From the NCBI RefSeq assembly GCF_029504745.1, contig NZ_JAQFIQ010000048.1, positions 1-17,055 of the forward strand: 17,055 nucleotides of DNA, written 5' to 3'. Position 1 is the first letter of the stretch, and every line of letters starts with the position of its first letter. Shown here in pieces: positions 6,336 to 16,237 of this stretch. The notes under the pieces are model-generated. The model was not told the origin of the DNA. It did no database searches and saw only the letters and a list, made by a program, of their open reading frames with translations. A program made the position numbers and the translations under genes. This stretch comes from Breznakia sp. PF5-3 (GTDB taxonomy: Bacteria > Bacillota_I > Bacilli_A > Erysipelotrichales > Erysipelotrichaceae).

Positions 6336-7196
6336 CTACTTTTTAGACTGCTTTATTTGCATGATAATCTCTTTATAGTGCTCGTAACGATATGCTACGA
6401 TTTTCTCTTTATCAACTGCATCTATGATTGCACAATTTGGTTCATTGATATGTATACAATCATTGAATTTACATAATCCTATATATGGTTTAAAATCTTC
6501 GATACATTTACTAAGTTTCTGAATATCTAAAGAATCAAAATCAAGAGAAGAAAAACCTGGTGTATCTGCAATCCATCCTCCATTAATTGGAAATAATTGC
6601 GTATGTCTTGTAGTATGTTTCCCTCGTCCTAACGCCTTTGAAATTTGTTGTGTCTTAATCTGTAAGGAATCATCAATCCGATTCAACAAACTAGACTTAC
6701 CAGCGCCACTTTGACCTGTTAAAACGCTCACTTTATCCGTTAAAATATCTTCAATTTCTTTGGTGTCAAAATCTTTCCCTGTTGTGTATACGTCATATCC
6801 AGATTTTCGATAATCTTCAATATATTGATATATCGTATTAGATTTATCTTCAATTAAATCCATTTTTGTAACACAAAGTACAGGTGTAATACCCGAATAA
6901 GATATCAAAAATATTAATCGATCAATTAATACCGTTGAAAAATCTGGATCTTTAGCACTCATTACAATAATCGCTTGATCTACATTCGCAATTGTTGGTC
7001 TTGTTAACTCATTTCTTCGTGGTAAAATCTTCTGAATACCAAATTTATCGCCAAGTTTTTCAAATACAACAATATCACCAGCAACAGGGCTTTGTCCTTT
7101 TCGCAATTTCCCCATAGCAATTGCATCATAGATTTCACCATCGCTATAAATCTGATATTGATTAGATATGATCTTGATAATTTTCCCTTGTTTCAT
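6336..7196 (-). CDS. rsgA: Ribosome small-subunit-dependent GTPase A (RsgA/CpgA/YloQ)
   Basis: 286 aa circularly permuted GTPase. N-terminal OB region, TKMDL (G4) placed before GQSGAGKSSLLN (G1), and a C-terminal Zn cluster CKFNDCIHINEPNC. The start is 1 nt after the prkC stop. Confidence 0.9.
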   Translation of the reverse strand: MKQGKIIKIISNQYQIYSDGEIYDAIAMGKLRKGQSPVAGDIVVFEKLGDKFGIQKILPRRNELTRPTIANVDQAIIVMSAKDPDFSTVLIDRLIFLISYSGITPVLCVTKMDLIEDKSNTIYQYIEDYRKSGYDVYTTGKDFDTKEIEDILTDKVSVLTGQSGAGKSSLLNRIDDSLQIKTQQISKALGRGKHTTRHTQLFPINGGWIADTPGFSSLDFDSLDIQKLSKCIEDFKPYIGLCKFNDCIHINEPNCAIIDAVDKEKIVAYRYEHYKEIIMQIKQSKK

Positions 7197-7197
7197 A

Positions 7198-8895
7198 TTA
7201 ATAATAATATAATGTGACTACATTATCTCCTCTTTGCACATACGTTGATCCAGCCTCTGGTTCTTGTCGAATTACAACTCCTTTGGTTGCATCTTCAATA
7301 TCATCTGGAATTTCTTCTTGGCTTAATTTAACTGTGATTCCATAACTTTCTAAATATCCTTTGGCTGTTTCAATTTTAGAGCCTTTGTAATCTTGAAGTA
7401 CAATTGTAGTAGGTCTTGCGTATTTAAATCTAATTTTCTTTGAAACTCCAGGTACAAGTTTATCACCTTCAAACAATAATGATTGCTCCGTTATGGTGTT
7501 TTCTGCATATTCACTTGTCCAAAGAGGTTCTTCAAGCACCTCAACATAATCAGGCAACAACGCTTTTGCGTCCTCAAGTAACATTCCTTCATAATCACCC
7601 ACTACAAAATATTTACCTGAACTGATTGTAATTGTAACTTTTGATCCCTTCACAACACTATTTTTTGCTTTGGGACTTTGCTTAACCACAAGCCCAGCTT
7701 CAACATCATCAGTAATTTCTTCTTTTACATTAACATTTAATTCTAAGCCATATTCCTCAAGCAATTCTTTTGCTTGTTCTTCGGATAAGCCTTTAAGATT
7801 TGGAACATTTACATATTGCTCTGGTCGAAACCCTTCAACAATTCCAGAATAGTAAATTCCTGCTGTTCCTCCAGTTATTAAAAGTGCAAGGATTGCAATA
7901 GCAGCAATAATCGTTCGTCTTTTTTTGCGTTTCTTATTTTGGGCTGTATTAACATTTTTTACCGTTTCACTATCGATATTAGGAATTTGTGTTTTTTGCG
8001 TACCATCAAATACCATAGTTCCTGAATTTTGATCATCTTCATCATGGAATGTCACTTTTTCAACATTTGCAAATTCTGGCAACAAACACATATCTAAATC
8101 AAAAGCCATATCTTTAGTATTTTCATAACGGAATCTTCGATTTTTTGCTGTAGCACGAAGAATGATATTTTCTACACTCTGTGGAACTGTTTTGTTAAAT
8201 TCACGCACAGAAGGGATATCTTCACGCATATGACGCATCGCAATTTGTACTGGATTATCACCAGTAAACGGAACCGACCCTGTTAATAATTCATAAAATA
8301 CAATTCCTAATGCATAAATATCGATTTGCACTGTCGCCGTTTCGCCACGTGTTGTTTCAGGTGCAATGTAATGCGCACTCCCCAGTACGGAATCACTTTG
8401 TGTAAGTTGTACTGAATCATGTGCTAATGCTATACCAAAGTCAGTTATTTTAACGGTTCCATCATCTTTCACTAAAACATTTTGAGGTTTTATATCACGA
8501 TGAATAATATTATTTTCATGAGCATGTGAAACTGCAGCAACTAACTGCTTCATAATGGAAACAGCTTCTTCTTTATCTAAGGCTCCACGTTGACGAATCA
8601 ACTGCTTTAATGTTTTTCCTCGTACATATTCCATCACAATGTAATTTTTACCATCAAATTCCCCAATATCATACACTTCAACAACATTAGGATGATGCAA
8701 TTTTGATATTGCACTCGCTTCTCTTTGGAAACGCAACAAAGCTACTGGATCTTTTCCAGATTCACCACGCAATACCTTTACTGCAACTTCACGATTCAAA
8801 ATCGTATCAATCGCTAAAAATACATCTGCCATCCCTCCAGAACCAAGCGATGTAACAACCATGTAACGATTGGCAATCATGTTTTGTTCACTCAT
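7198..8895 (-). CDS. prkC: Ser/Thr protein kinase with three PASTA repeats (PrkC/PknB type)
   Basis: Hanks kinase motifs are present: GSGGMADVF, AVKVL, HRDIKPQN, DFG, APE. One TM segment (IIAAIAILALLITGGTAGIYY) is followed by three extracellular repeats of about 66 aa. I prefer ATG at 8895 (MSEQN), preceded by AAGGAGGG with an 8-nt spacer, 1 nt after the prpC stop. The ORF-track TTG at 8919 lies inside prpC. Confidence 0.93.
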   Translation of the reverse strand: MSEQNMIANRYMVVTSLGSGGMADVFLAIDTILNREVAVKVLRGESGKDPVALLRFQREASAISKLHHPNVVEVYDIGEFDGKNYIVMEYVRGKTLKQLIRQRGALDKEEAVSIMKQLVAAVSHAHENNIIHRDIKPQNVLVKDDGTVKITDFGIALAHDSVQLTQSDSVLGSAHYIAPETTRGETATVQIDIYALGIVFYELLTGSVPFTGDNPVQIAMRHMREDIPSVREFNKTVPQSVENIILRATAKNRRFRYENTKDMAFDLDMCLLPEFANVEKVTFHDEDDQNSGTMVFDGTQKTQIPNIDSETVKNVNTAQNKKRKKRRTIIAAIAILALLITGGTAGIYYSGIVEGFRPEQYVNVPNLKGLSEEQAKELLEEYGLELNVNVKEEITDDVEAGLVVKQSPKAKNSVVKGSKVTITISSGKYFVVGDYEGMLLEDAKALLPDYVEVLEEPLWTSEYAENTITEQSLLFEGDKLVPGVSKKIRFKYARPTTIVLQDYKGSKIETAKGYLESYGITVKLSQEEIPDDIEDATKGVVIRQEPEAGSTYVQRGDNVVTLYYY

Positions 8896-8896
8896 T

Positions 8897-9628
8897 CTAG
8901 TAACCCTCCTTTTCAGCAATAATAACTGTCACGTTATCAAAGCCACCTGCATTTTCACTTGCTTTGATTAATTCTTTCACCTTTTCTTCAATGCTCCAAT
9001 TTTGTTCAAGAATATTTTTTATTATGGAAGATGAAACAAACCCATGCAGCCCATCACTACACACCAATAAAGCTTTATAGCTTTCTTTAATTTTATTAAT
9101 TGTTGGCTCCACTTCATTCCAAATGCCCAAAGCCTTGGTCAACATACCACCTCGCGGATGAAGAGACGCTTCACTAGCCGTAATTTCTCCAGCACTTACC
9201 AAATCTGCTGCAAAGTTATGATCTTCTGTTAAACTTATCAAATCCTCATAAATTGCATACACACGACTATCCCCACAATGGAAGATAAACGTTGCATCTG
9301 CTGTAAACAAAACCCCAGCAAGGGTTGTTCCCATACCTTTCAGTTCTTTTGATTTTGTGGATTGTGTAAACACTTCATCATTTGCTTTGTTGATTGCATC
9401 TAATATCCATTCTCTATTTTTTTGATCACTTTTCAACACTGGTTTTTCAATGAAAGATTTTGCTAATGAATCCTTTGCCAATTGACTTGCAACATCACCA
9501 GCATTACCACCACCAATACCATCACACACAATAGCAAAAGACTCACCATTCACATTTGTTGAATAGTAGTAACTATCTTGATTTTGCTTTCTGATTAATC
9601 CAGTATCACTTAATCCATAAATTATCAT
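8897..9628 (-). CDS. prpC: PP2C-family Ser/Thr protein phosphatase (PrpC/Stp)
   Basis: 243 aa. GLSDTGLIRKQNQDS, VCDGIGG, GTTL, CSDGL and DNVT are PPM motifs. It is paired with the PASTA kinase. Confidence 0.92.
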   Translation of the reverse strand: MIIYGLSDTGLIRKQNQDSYYYSTNVNGESFAIVCDGIGGGNAGDVASQLAKDSLAKSFIEKPVLKSDQKNREWILDAINKANDEVFTQSTKSKELKGMGTTLAGVLFTADATFIFHCGDSRVYAIYEDLISLTEDHNFAADLVSAGEITASEASLHPRGGMLTKALGIWNEVEPTINKIKESYKALLVCSDGLHGFVSSSIIKNILEQNWSIEEKVKELIKASENAGGFDNVTVIIAEKEGY

Positions 9629-9631
9629 GTT

Positions 9632-10672
9632 CTAGTTTCCTTTCTTCATTTCGTTGGCACGTAACTGTCCACAAGCAGCATCAATATCACTGCCATGTTC
9701 TTTTCGAATTGTACAACGCACTCCTAATTTCATTAATTTATCATAAAAAACCATTGCAGATGTCCGATCAACACCAACAAATCCTTGTTCATCTACTGTA
9801 TTATATGGGATCAAATTAATATAATAATGATGTCCATGTAAGAGTTTCGCAAGTTGTTTTGCATGTATGTCTTTATCATTAACACCTTTCAACAAGATAT
9901 ACTCAAACGTTAACCTGCGATTATTCAATGTTTCATAATCCGTTAAACTATCCATTAATTCAGCTAATGGATATGCTTTATTAATTGGCATTAACTCATT
10001 GCGCAATTCATCATTTGGTGCATGTAATGAAATTGCTAAATTATATTGATATTGTGCTTTGGCAAATTTTTTAATCATTGGTACAATTCCACAAGTTGAA
10101 ATTGTGATATGTCGCGCACCAATCGCCAACCCATTATCTTCGTTTATGATTTCCAAAAAATTCATTACATTATCATAATTATCAAACGGTTCACCACATC
10201 CCATAACCACAACATGACTAACACGATCATCACCTTTGTCTAATTCTTTTTGAATAAACATAACTTGATCAACCATTTCTGCGGTTGATAAATCACGTTG
10301 CTTTTTCAATAATCCACTAGCACAAAAACTACATCCCATATTGCAACCAACCTGTGTTGATACACAAACGCTTTTTCCATAATCAAAAACCATCATTACC
10401 GTTTCCACCAAACTACCATCTGCTAGTGAAAACAAATACTTTGTTGTTCCATCTTTTGAAACCTGTTTTTTTACTAAGGTAAGCGTTGAAATATGAAATT
10501 CGCTTTTCAAAAATTCACGCGTTTCTAAATTTAAATCACTCATCGCATCAAAATCATTAACTCGATTTCTATATAGCCACTTAAAAATTTGTTTTCCTCT
10601 AAATTTTTTCCACCCTTGTGTGAGTGCGAATGCTTGGATTTCATCATAATTTAAATCATAGATACTTTTCAT
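9632..10672 (-). CDS. rlmN: Radical SAM 23S rRNA/tRNA adenine-C2 methyltransferase RlmN
   Basis: 346 aa with the radical-SAM cluster CNMGCSFCASG and the second catalytic Cys region GSDIDAACGQL. AAAAGGTG sits 8 nt upstream. Confidence 0.9.
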   Translation of the reverse strand: MKSIYDLNYDEIQAFALTQGWKKFRGKQIFKWLYRNRVNDFDAMSDLNLETREFLKSEFHISTLTLVKKQVSKDGTTKYLFSLADGSLVETVMMVFDYGKSVCVSTQVGCNMGCSFCASGLLKKQRDLSTAEMVDQVMFIQKELDKGDDRVSHVVVMGCGEPFDNYDNVMNFLEIINEDNGLAIGARHITISTCGIVPMIKKFAKAQYQYNLAISLHAPNDELRNELMPINKAYPLAELMDSLTDYETLNNRRLTFEYILLKGVNDKDIHAKQLAKLLHGHHYYINLIPYNTVDEQGFVGVDRTSAMVFYDKLMKLGVRCTIRKEHGSDIDAACGQLRANEMKKGN

Positions 10673-10698
10673 TTTTTCAACACCTTTTCAGCTTTTTC

Positions 10699-10707
10699 AT
10701 TATACCA
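10699..10707 (-). promoter_or_regulatory. Candidate internal extended -10 promoter ahead of rlmN
   Basis: Minus strand reads TGgTATAAT (TATAAT = 10699..10704) in the 48-nt rsmB-rlmN gap, the only sizeable gap in the cluster. There is no convincing -35. Confidence 0.35.
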
Positions 10708-10720
10708 TATTTTATATCTT

Positions 10721-11980
10721 TTATAGGGATGATATTTTTTTTAGTTTTGCCATGTAAAATCCATCTGTATTATATGTAAATGGAAAAATTGTTATTTCTT
10801 CATCTAATATGAAATTTGGATTTTTCTTCAAAAACGCTTGCACCTGTAATTCATTTTCTTTCTTATTCATTGTACATGTTGAATAAACCATTGTACCATC
10901 AACTTTCAATAAGCTTTCTGCCGCTTGTAATAAAGATGCTTGAATCTTTATAATCTCATCCATATCATCACTTTGCATATGATATTTAATATCACTTTTT
11001 CTTTTTAAAACCCCATAACCACTACATGGAGCATCAATCAAAATTTTATCAAAGTTTTCTGCATCATAGTGTTCTCTTGCTTTGGTTGCATCACATGCTT
11101 TGGCATCCACACAAATACAGCCTAATCTACGCATTGTAGCCTTCACTAATTCAATACGATGTTCATGAATATCCAATGCTACGATTTTACCTTTATTCTT
11201 CATCAGAGCAGCCATATGTGCAGTTTTAGAACCTGGCGCACTACACATATCCAAAACAACATCCGTTTCTATAGGCGCCAAGAATCTTGCCACCATCTGG
11301 CTTGCCTCATCCTGTACACTTACATATCCATATTTGAAATCTTCACTAGCAGCAACACTCCCTTTTTTGAAAATGAGAGCATCTGGGCTAAGATTCCCTT
11401 CTATATATGTATCTCGACCTTTCAATAAAGCTTTTTTATCTGTTTTAATCGTATTCACACGAACTGTTTGATTCGGTGTTTTCAAAGCATCAAAACATAA
11501 TTTTCGGGTAACATCTTTACCATATTGCTTATTCCACATTTTCACCATCCATAATGGGAATGAAGTTTCTATAGCTAAGATTTCATCTTCATCTCCTTCT
11601 AATGGGCGTTTCCCTTCTTTGATAACTCTTCGTAGAATAGCATTTACAAATTTTTCAAACTTTCCATCATATTTCTTCTTTGAGATTTCGACTGCTTCAT
11701 TCGTAATCGCAAATGCAGGTATACGATCTAAAAATAAAAGTTGATAAACACTCATATTGATTAAAATTTCAATTTCTTTTTTCACAAGCTTTTCGCAATA
11801 CACTTTCCACTGATAATCTAAATATCGATAATTCTGTAATGTACCATATACAATTGTGCTAATAAGTGCTTTATCTTGATTTGAAAAATCTTTCATTCCA
11901 TCTTTCAACACCAAATGTGAATACTTTTTATGAATGCATATATCAATCAACATTCGATAGGCCTTTTCTCTTACTGTCAT
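10721..11980 (-). CDS. rsmB: 16S rRNA (cytosine-C5) methyltransferase RsmB/Sun
   Basis: 419 aa. The N-terminal part is a NusB-like domain. The C-terminal SAM MTase has DMCSAPGSKT, DAPCSGYG and YSTCT (catalytic Cys motifs). Confidence 0.88.
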   Translation of the reverse strand: MTVREKAYRMLIDICIHKKYSHLVLKDGMKDFSNQDKALISTIVYGTLQNYRYLDYQWKVYCEKLVKKEIEILINMSVYQLLFLDRIPAFAITNEAVEISKKKYDGKFEKFVNAILRRVIKEGKRPLEGDEDEILAIETSFPLWMVKMWNKQYGKDVTRKLCFDALKTPNQTVRVNTIKTDKKALLKGRDTYIEGNLSPDALIFKKGSVAASEDFKYGYVSVQDEASQMVARFLAPIETDVVLDMCSAPGSKTAHMAALMKNKGKIVALDIHEHRIELVKATMRRLGCICVDAKACDATKAREHYDAENFDKILIDAPCSGYGVLKRKSDIKYHMQSDDMDEIIKIQASLLQAAESLLKVDGTMVYSTCTMNKKENELQVQAFLKKNPNFILDEEITIFPFTYNTDGFYMAKLKKISSL

Positions 11981-11988
11981 ATTGTCTC

Positions 11989-14151
11989 CTATTCCATATA
12001 TAATGGATTTACATCAATTTCTAATTTGAATTTATATTTTTGCTTTCGATGTATTTCATCAATCTTACGAACACATTCTACCAGCTTTTCAAAATCTTTA
12101 CTTTTTAACACTATACGCATTCGATAATCATCATTTCTTTTCAATAATTCAATTGGTCCCAATACCCGTAGTTCTTCAAAGTGAACATACTTTACAATCT
12201 GTTCCACACCTTGATGTAATTTATCATCATCCGAACAAGTAAATATCAAACTTGCTAAATAGGTATAAGGAGGGTATTTTCCCAAATGCCGAAATTGCAT
12301 TTCTTTATGAAAAAAAGTTTTATAATCCTGCTCTTTAGCACATTGAATTGCATAATGGTCAGGATCATACACCTGAATCATGACTTCTCCATCTTTACTT
12401 CCCCTGCCACTTCTTCCACTCGCTTGGACAAGTAAATCAAATGTTAGCTCTACACTTCGATAATCATTTCGTGAAAGCATTGCATCACCATTTAAAATAC
12501 CGACCAAGGTAACATTTTCAAAATCCAAGCCTTTTGCTATCATTTGTGTTCCTAACAAAATATCATATTCATGATTACCAAATTTATCCAATAATATTTC
12601 ATGGGCATTTTTATATCTTGTTGTATCTGCGTCCATACGTAAAATTTTTGCTTCAGAAAAAGTTTGTGATAAATATTCTTCTAACTTTTGCGTTCCAATA
12701 CCTAAATACTTTAATTTTGTACTTCCGCATTCACTACAATGTGCAACCAAAGGTTCTCGATAATCACACATGTGACATACCAACTCATTTGAGCTCTTAT
12801 GATAGTTTAATGCCAAATCACAATGTGGACACTTTCTAACACTCCCACATTCTACACACCGCAATACAGGGGCATATCCCCTACGATTAAGCAAAATAAT
12901 AACCTGCTCTCCCTTATGTAACCGCTCTTCAATAGCAGCTTTCAATATATCACTAACGATATAATTACCATCACGTCGCATACTTTCTTGCATATTAATC
13001 AATTTTGTATTTGGAACATTATCATATATTCGTTTAGGCAGTTCTACCAATTGATAAACACCTTTATATGCTCTTGCATACGATTCTAAAGATGGTGTTG
13101 CACTCGCTAAGACAACACAGCAATCGTGATATTCTCCACGTTTAATTGCAATATCACGACAATGATAACGTGGTGTACTATCTTGTTTATAGCTTTGATC
13201 ATGCTCTTCATCCATAATAATCAACCCAAGATTATCAAAAGGCATAAAAACAGCACTTCGAGTTCCCACAACAATAGAAACTTTTTTTTCAAAGACAAGT
13301 TTAAATTGCTCATATTTCTCTTGGTTATTTAAAGATGAATGATAAATTGCAATCTGTTCTCCAAATCTCCCTTTTACGCGCTCAACCATCTGTGGTGTTA
13401 AAGATATTTCTGGAACTAATATTAAAACCTGCTTTCCTTCATCCAAAGTCTTTTTTGCCAAATGTAGAAACACTTCTGTTTTTCCACTTCCCGTAACACC
13501 ATGTAGCACATGTACGTGATGACCTTTATTGGCACTGATTTTCTCAACTGCCCTATGTTGATCCTCGTTCAAAGAAACCTCTTTATATTCTTTTTTACTC
13601 GTTGTCAATGTAGCACTAGCCTCTTCACTAACAAGTTCTACCGCTCCCAATTCTAACAATCTAGTAAGACAACTAAACATTTTATTGAAAACACTTCTTT
13701 TTACTTTTCTCTGATCTTTGATATACTCTAAAGCTATTTGCTGCTTTTTCCCTTTTACTTCTACCTCTGCTCGGAAAACAACATATACTTCTTCTTTCAC
13801 TTTATGATTTGTAGATTTTGGTTTCAACTTTGATGGTAACATCGCTTGAAAGCAACTGATGAGTGGCGCCACACAGCTATGAGACATATCCTTTGCTAGA
13901 TAGAATGCCTCTTCATTCAAAAGTGCATAATCATCTATTTTATCTATTACGCTATTTAATTTATAACCTAAATTAAATACTTCTTGCTCGCTCAATTCAT
14001 AAATGCGTACAACAAACCCTATGATTTCACGATGTGCAAACTGAACTTTTACTCGCATTCCAGCGGTGATAGTCATATCATCACATTGATAACAAAAACT
14101 GCGATCAACCGCTGATGCACTATATTCAATATATATATCTGCTACTCGCAT
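11989..14151 (-). CDS. priA: Primosomal replication-restart helicase PriA (protein N')
   Basis: 720 aa. Walker A GVTGSGKTEV and DEEHD box, plus a Cys-rich Zn-binding insert (CVECGSVRKCPHCDLALNYH...CHMCDY...CSECGS). GGTGGG sits 3 nt upstream of the ATG. Confidence 0.93.
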   Translation of the reverse strand: MRVADIYIEYSASAVDRSFCYQCDDMTITAGMRVKVQFAHREIIGFVVRIYELSEQEVFNLGYKLNSVIDKIDDYALLNEEAFYLAKDMSHSCVAPLISCFQAMLPSKLKPKSTNHKVKEEVYVVFRAEVEVKGKKQQIALEYIKDQRKVKRSVFNKMFSCLTRLLELGAVELVSEEASATLTTSKKEYKEVSLNEDQHRAVEKISANKGHHVHVLHGVTGSGKTEVFLHLAKKTLDEGKQVLILVPEISLTPQMVERVKGRFGEQIAIYHSSLNNQEKYEQFKLVFEKKVSIVVGTRSAVFMPFDNLGLIIMDEEHDQSYKQDSTPRYHCRDIAIKRGEYHDCCVVLASATPSLESYARAYKGVYQLVELPKRIYDNVPNTKLINMQESMRRDGNYIVSDILKAAIEERLHKGEQVIILLNRRGYAPVLRCVECGSVRKCPHCDLALNYHKSSNELVCHMCDYREPLVAHCSECGSTKLKYLGIGTQKLEEYLSQTFSEAKILRMDADTTRYKNAHEILLDKFGNHEYDILLGTQMIAKGLDFENVTLVGILNGDAMLSRNDYRSVELTFDLLVQASGRSGRGSKDGEVMIQVYDPDHYAIQCAKEQDYKTFFHKEMQFRHLGKYPPYTYLASLIFTCSDDDKLHQGVEQIVKYVHFEELRVLGPIELLKRNDDYRMRIVLKSKDFEKLVECVRKIDEIHRKQKYKFKLEIDVNPLYME

Positions 14152-14175
14152 ATACCCACCACTTTCTATTTAATA

Positions 14176-14184
14176 ATAATACCA
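14176..14184 (-). promoter_or_regulatory. Candidate extended -10 promoter of the priA...thiN cluster
   Basis: Minus strand reads TGgTATTAT (TATTAT = 14176..14181). It sits between the upstream terminator and the priA RBS, and the -35 is weak (TTTTAT). Confidence 0.45.
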
Positions 14185-14200
14185 CATATTAGATGAGGAT

Positions 14201-14231
14201 AAAAAAAGAAGTTTCCTTATTTGGACACTTC
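14201..14231 (-). terminator. Intrinsic terminator of the membrane-protein/XRE/NfeD/SPFH operon
   Basis: Minus strand reads gaagtgtcc-aaataa-ggaaacttc (9-bp stem, one mismatch), followed by ttttttt. It begins 11 nt after the SPFH stop. Confidence 0.7.
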
Positions 14232-14241
14232 TTTTACTTTT

Positions 14242-15189
14242 TTATTTCGCTTCTTTATCTTCAACTTTATCAATTGATACTGCTTCTTTTAAAGATGCTG
14301 CTAATCCTGTTAAACTTTGGATTTCACTTGGTATAATCAACTTCGTTGATTTTCCATTTGCTACTTTAGCTAATGCTTCCAATTCTTTAATCTTCACAGT
14401 TCCTTCATTTACTTCCGCTTGGGAAATGAAACTCAATCCATCAGCAGTCGCTTTTTGAACTTCAAGAATAGCTTTCGCTTGCCCTTCTGCTTCTAAGACC
14501 ATTGCTTTTTGGCGACCTTCTGCTTCACGAATTTGACGTTCTTTAGCAGCTTCGGCTTGAAGAATAACAGATTCTTTTTCACCTTCTGCAATTAAAATTT
14601 GTGATTTTTTCTTTCCTTCGGCTTGAAGAATTGCTTCACGTCTTTCACGTTCTGCTTTCATTTGTTTTTCCATTGCATCTTGAATTTCACGAGGAGGTAA
14701 AATGTTTTTAACTTCCACACGATTCACTTTGATCCCCCATTTATCAGTAGCTTCATCTAAGATAGCACGCATTTGTGTGTTTATAACATCTCTAGAAGTC
14801 AATGTTGCATCTAAATCTAAATCCCCAATTAAATTACGCAATGTAGTTGCAGTTAAATTCTCTACTGCCATCATTGGGTTATTTACACCATATGCATATA
14901 ATTTAGAATCTGTAACTTGAAAATATACTACAGTATCAATTTGCATAGTTACATTATCCTTTGTAATAACTGGCTGTGGTGGAAAATCAACCACATGCTC
15001 TTTTAATGATATTTTCTTAGCAATTCTTTCAATGAATGGTACTAAAAAATGTAATCCTGTTGACCATGTAACACGATAAGTCCCCAAACGTTCAATAACA
15101 TACGACTCCGATTGATTTACAATTTTAACATGCATACCAATAAATGCAATAATAATAATTAAAAATACTAATAAAATAATCCACTCCAT
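14242..15189 (-). CDS. SPFH/band-7 (stomatin/prohibitin-like) membrane protein
   Basis: 315 aa. An N-terminal TM (WIILLVFLIIIIAFIGM) is followed by an SPFH core (VKIVNQSESYVIERLG...HFLVPFIERI...DNVTMQIDTVVYFQVTD). The C-terminus is an Ala/Glu/Lys-rich coiled-coil (AEG...AEG... repeats). Confidence 0.88.
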   Translation of the reverse strand: MEWIILLVFLIIIIAFIGMHVKIVNQSESYVIERLGTYRVTWSTGLHFLVPFIERIAKKISLKEHVVDFPPQPVITKDNVTMQIDTVVYFQVTDSKLYAYGVNNPMMAVENLTATTLRNLIGDLDLDATLTSRDVINTQMRAILDEATDKWGIKVNRVEVKNILPPREIQDAMEKQMKAERERREAILQAEGKKKSQILIAEGEKESVILQAEAAKERQIREAEGRQKAMVLEAEGQAKAILEVQKATADGLSFISQAEVNEGTVKIKELEALAKVANGKSTKLIIPSEIQSLTGLAASLKEAVSIDKVEDKEAK

Positions 15190-15191
15190 AT

Positions 15192-15629
15192 CTAATTTAC
15201 CTCCCGAGTAACAATTACCTTTACACCCTCTATTTGTTTTACAATAACTTCATTGCCTTTCTTCAATTCTGAATCATCATTCGTTTTTGCAGCCCAATCC
15301 ATGCCTTCAATCATCACTCGTCCTTCCTTAGTAAGTGGATCGAAGTCATTAATTACGATTGCTGTTTTCCCAATGATTTCATTTGCATTCGTTGAAACTG
15401 TTGATGTATTTAACCGTTTCATCGCATATGGCCTTAAGATAACCAATGTTGCTATTGATACTATAATAAATACTATTAATTGTATAGAAAAGTCAACCCC
15501 TAAATAACTTAAGAATACACAAATTAAGCTTGCACTAGCAAACCAAATGGCAACAAGTTGCTGGGTTGCTACTTCAAATGCACATATCACAAAGAATAAA
15601 ATAATCCAGCCATAGAAAATCGTGTCCAT
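15192..15629 (-). CDS. NfeD-family membrane protein (SPFH partner)
   Basis: 145 aa. An N-terminal hydrophobic region with several predicted TM segments is followed by a C-terminal OB-fold-like soluble domain (GKTAIV...EGRVMIEGMDWAAK...GNEVIVKQIEGVKVIV). Its stop is 2 nt before the SPFH start. AAAGGAGGT sits 5 nt upstream. Confidence 0.8.
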   Translation of the reverse strand: MDTIFYGWIILFFVICAFEVATQQLVAIWFASASLICVFLSYLGVDFSIQLIVFIIVSIATLVILRPYAMKRLNTSTVSTNANEIIGKTAIVINDFDPLTKEGRVMIEGMDWAAKTNDDSELKKGNEVIVKQIEGVKVIVTREVN

Positions 15630-15643
15630 TAAATACCTCCTTT

Positions 15644-15853
15644 TTAATCAAAATAAAATAAATCTTCAAATTTTTTTTCCAATGCAACACACAAAATAAG
15701 CGCTAGTTTTGCTGTTGGATTAAATTGTCCTGTTTCAATTGAAGATATCGTTTGTCTTGAAACTCCTACCCATTCTGCTAGATCTGTTTGTGACCAACCT
15801 TTTTCTAATCTAGCTTCTTTGAGACGATTCTTCAATACTAACCTATCGTCCAA
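15644..15853 (-). CDS. Small XRE/Cro-CI family HTH transcriptional regulator (single-domain, 69 aa)
   Basis: LKEARLEKGWSQTDLAEWVGVSRQTISSIETGQFNPTAKLALILCVAL is a canonical HTH_3 pattern. TTG start (15853..15851) with GAGGTGA upstream. It starts 12 nt after the preceding gene's stop. Confidence 0.85.
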   Translation of the reverse strand: MDDRLVLKNRLKEARLEKGWSQTDLAEWVGVSRQTISSIETGQFNPTAKLALILCVALEKKFEDLFYFD

Positions 15854-15865
15854 AATTTCACCTCA

Positions 15866-16219
15866 TCATAGTGCAAACCATCCAATATACCCAGTTAGTG
15901 TCACAACTAAGAAAATTAATACATAAACACCAGTTAAAGCATACATTCGATTGTTTGAAATTCGCGCTTTTTGAAATGACATGAAAATCAAAGAAATTCC
16001 TACTGGCCACAAGACAATATAATACATATGAAATTGAATTCCAAAAATAACAATTCGAACATCTGGATTACTAATCATCAATATGGTTGCTAAAAGCAAA
16101 GAACAAGCAATTGCTATTAAATAACCATAATAAAATGATTTTTCATCTAAATAACGTTCATATAAATTCTTTCCTTTGAAATTCGCTTTGCTTTTTTTCA
16201 AAACCTCATCTCTGTCCAC
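15866..16219 (-). CDS. Small polytopic membrane protein of unknown function (partner of the XRE regulator)
   Basis: A charged N-terminus (DRDEVLKKSKANFKGKNLYERYLDEKS) is followed by 3-4 hydrophobic helices. I prefer GTG at 16219, preceded by AAGGAGG with a 6-nt spacer, which gives 117 aa. The ORF-track TTG at 16243 has no SD and lies near the predicted TSS. Confidence 0.65.
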   Translation of the reverse strand: MDRDEVLKKSKANFKGKNLYERYLDEKSFYYGYLIAIACSLLLATILMISNPDVRIVIFGIQFHMYYIVLWPVGISLIFMSFQKARISNNRMYALTGVYVLIFLVVTLTGYIGWFAL

Positions 16220-16237
16220 ATCTAGCCTCCTTCTCCA

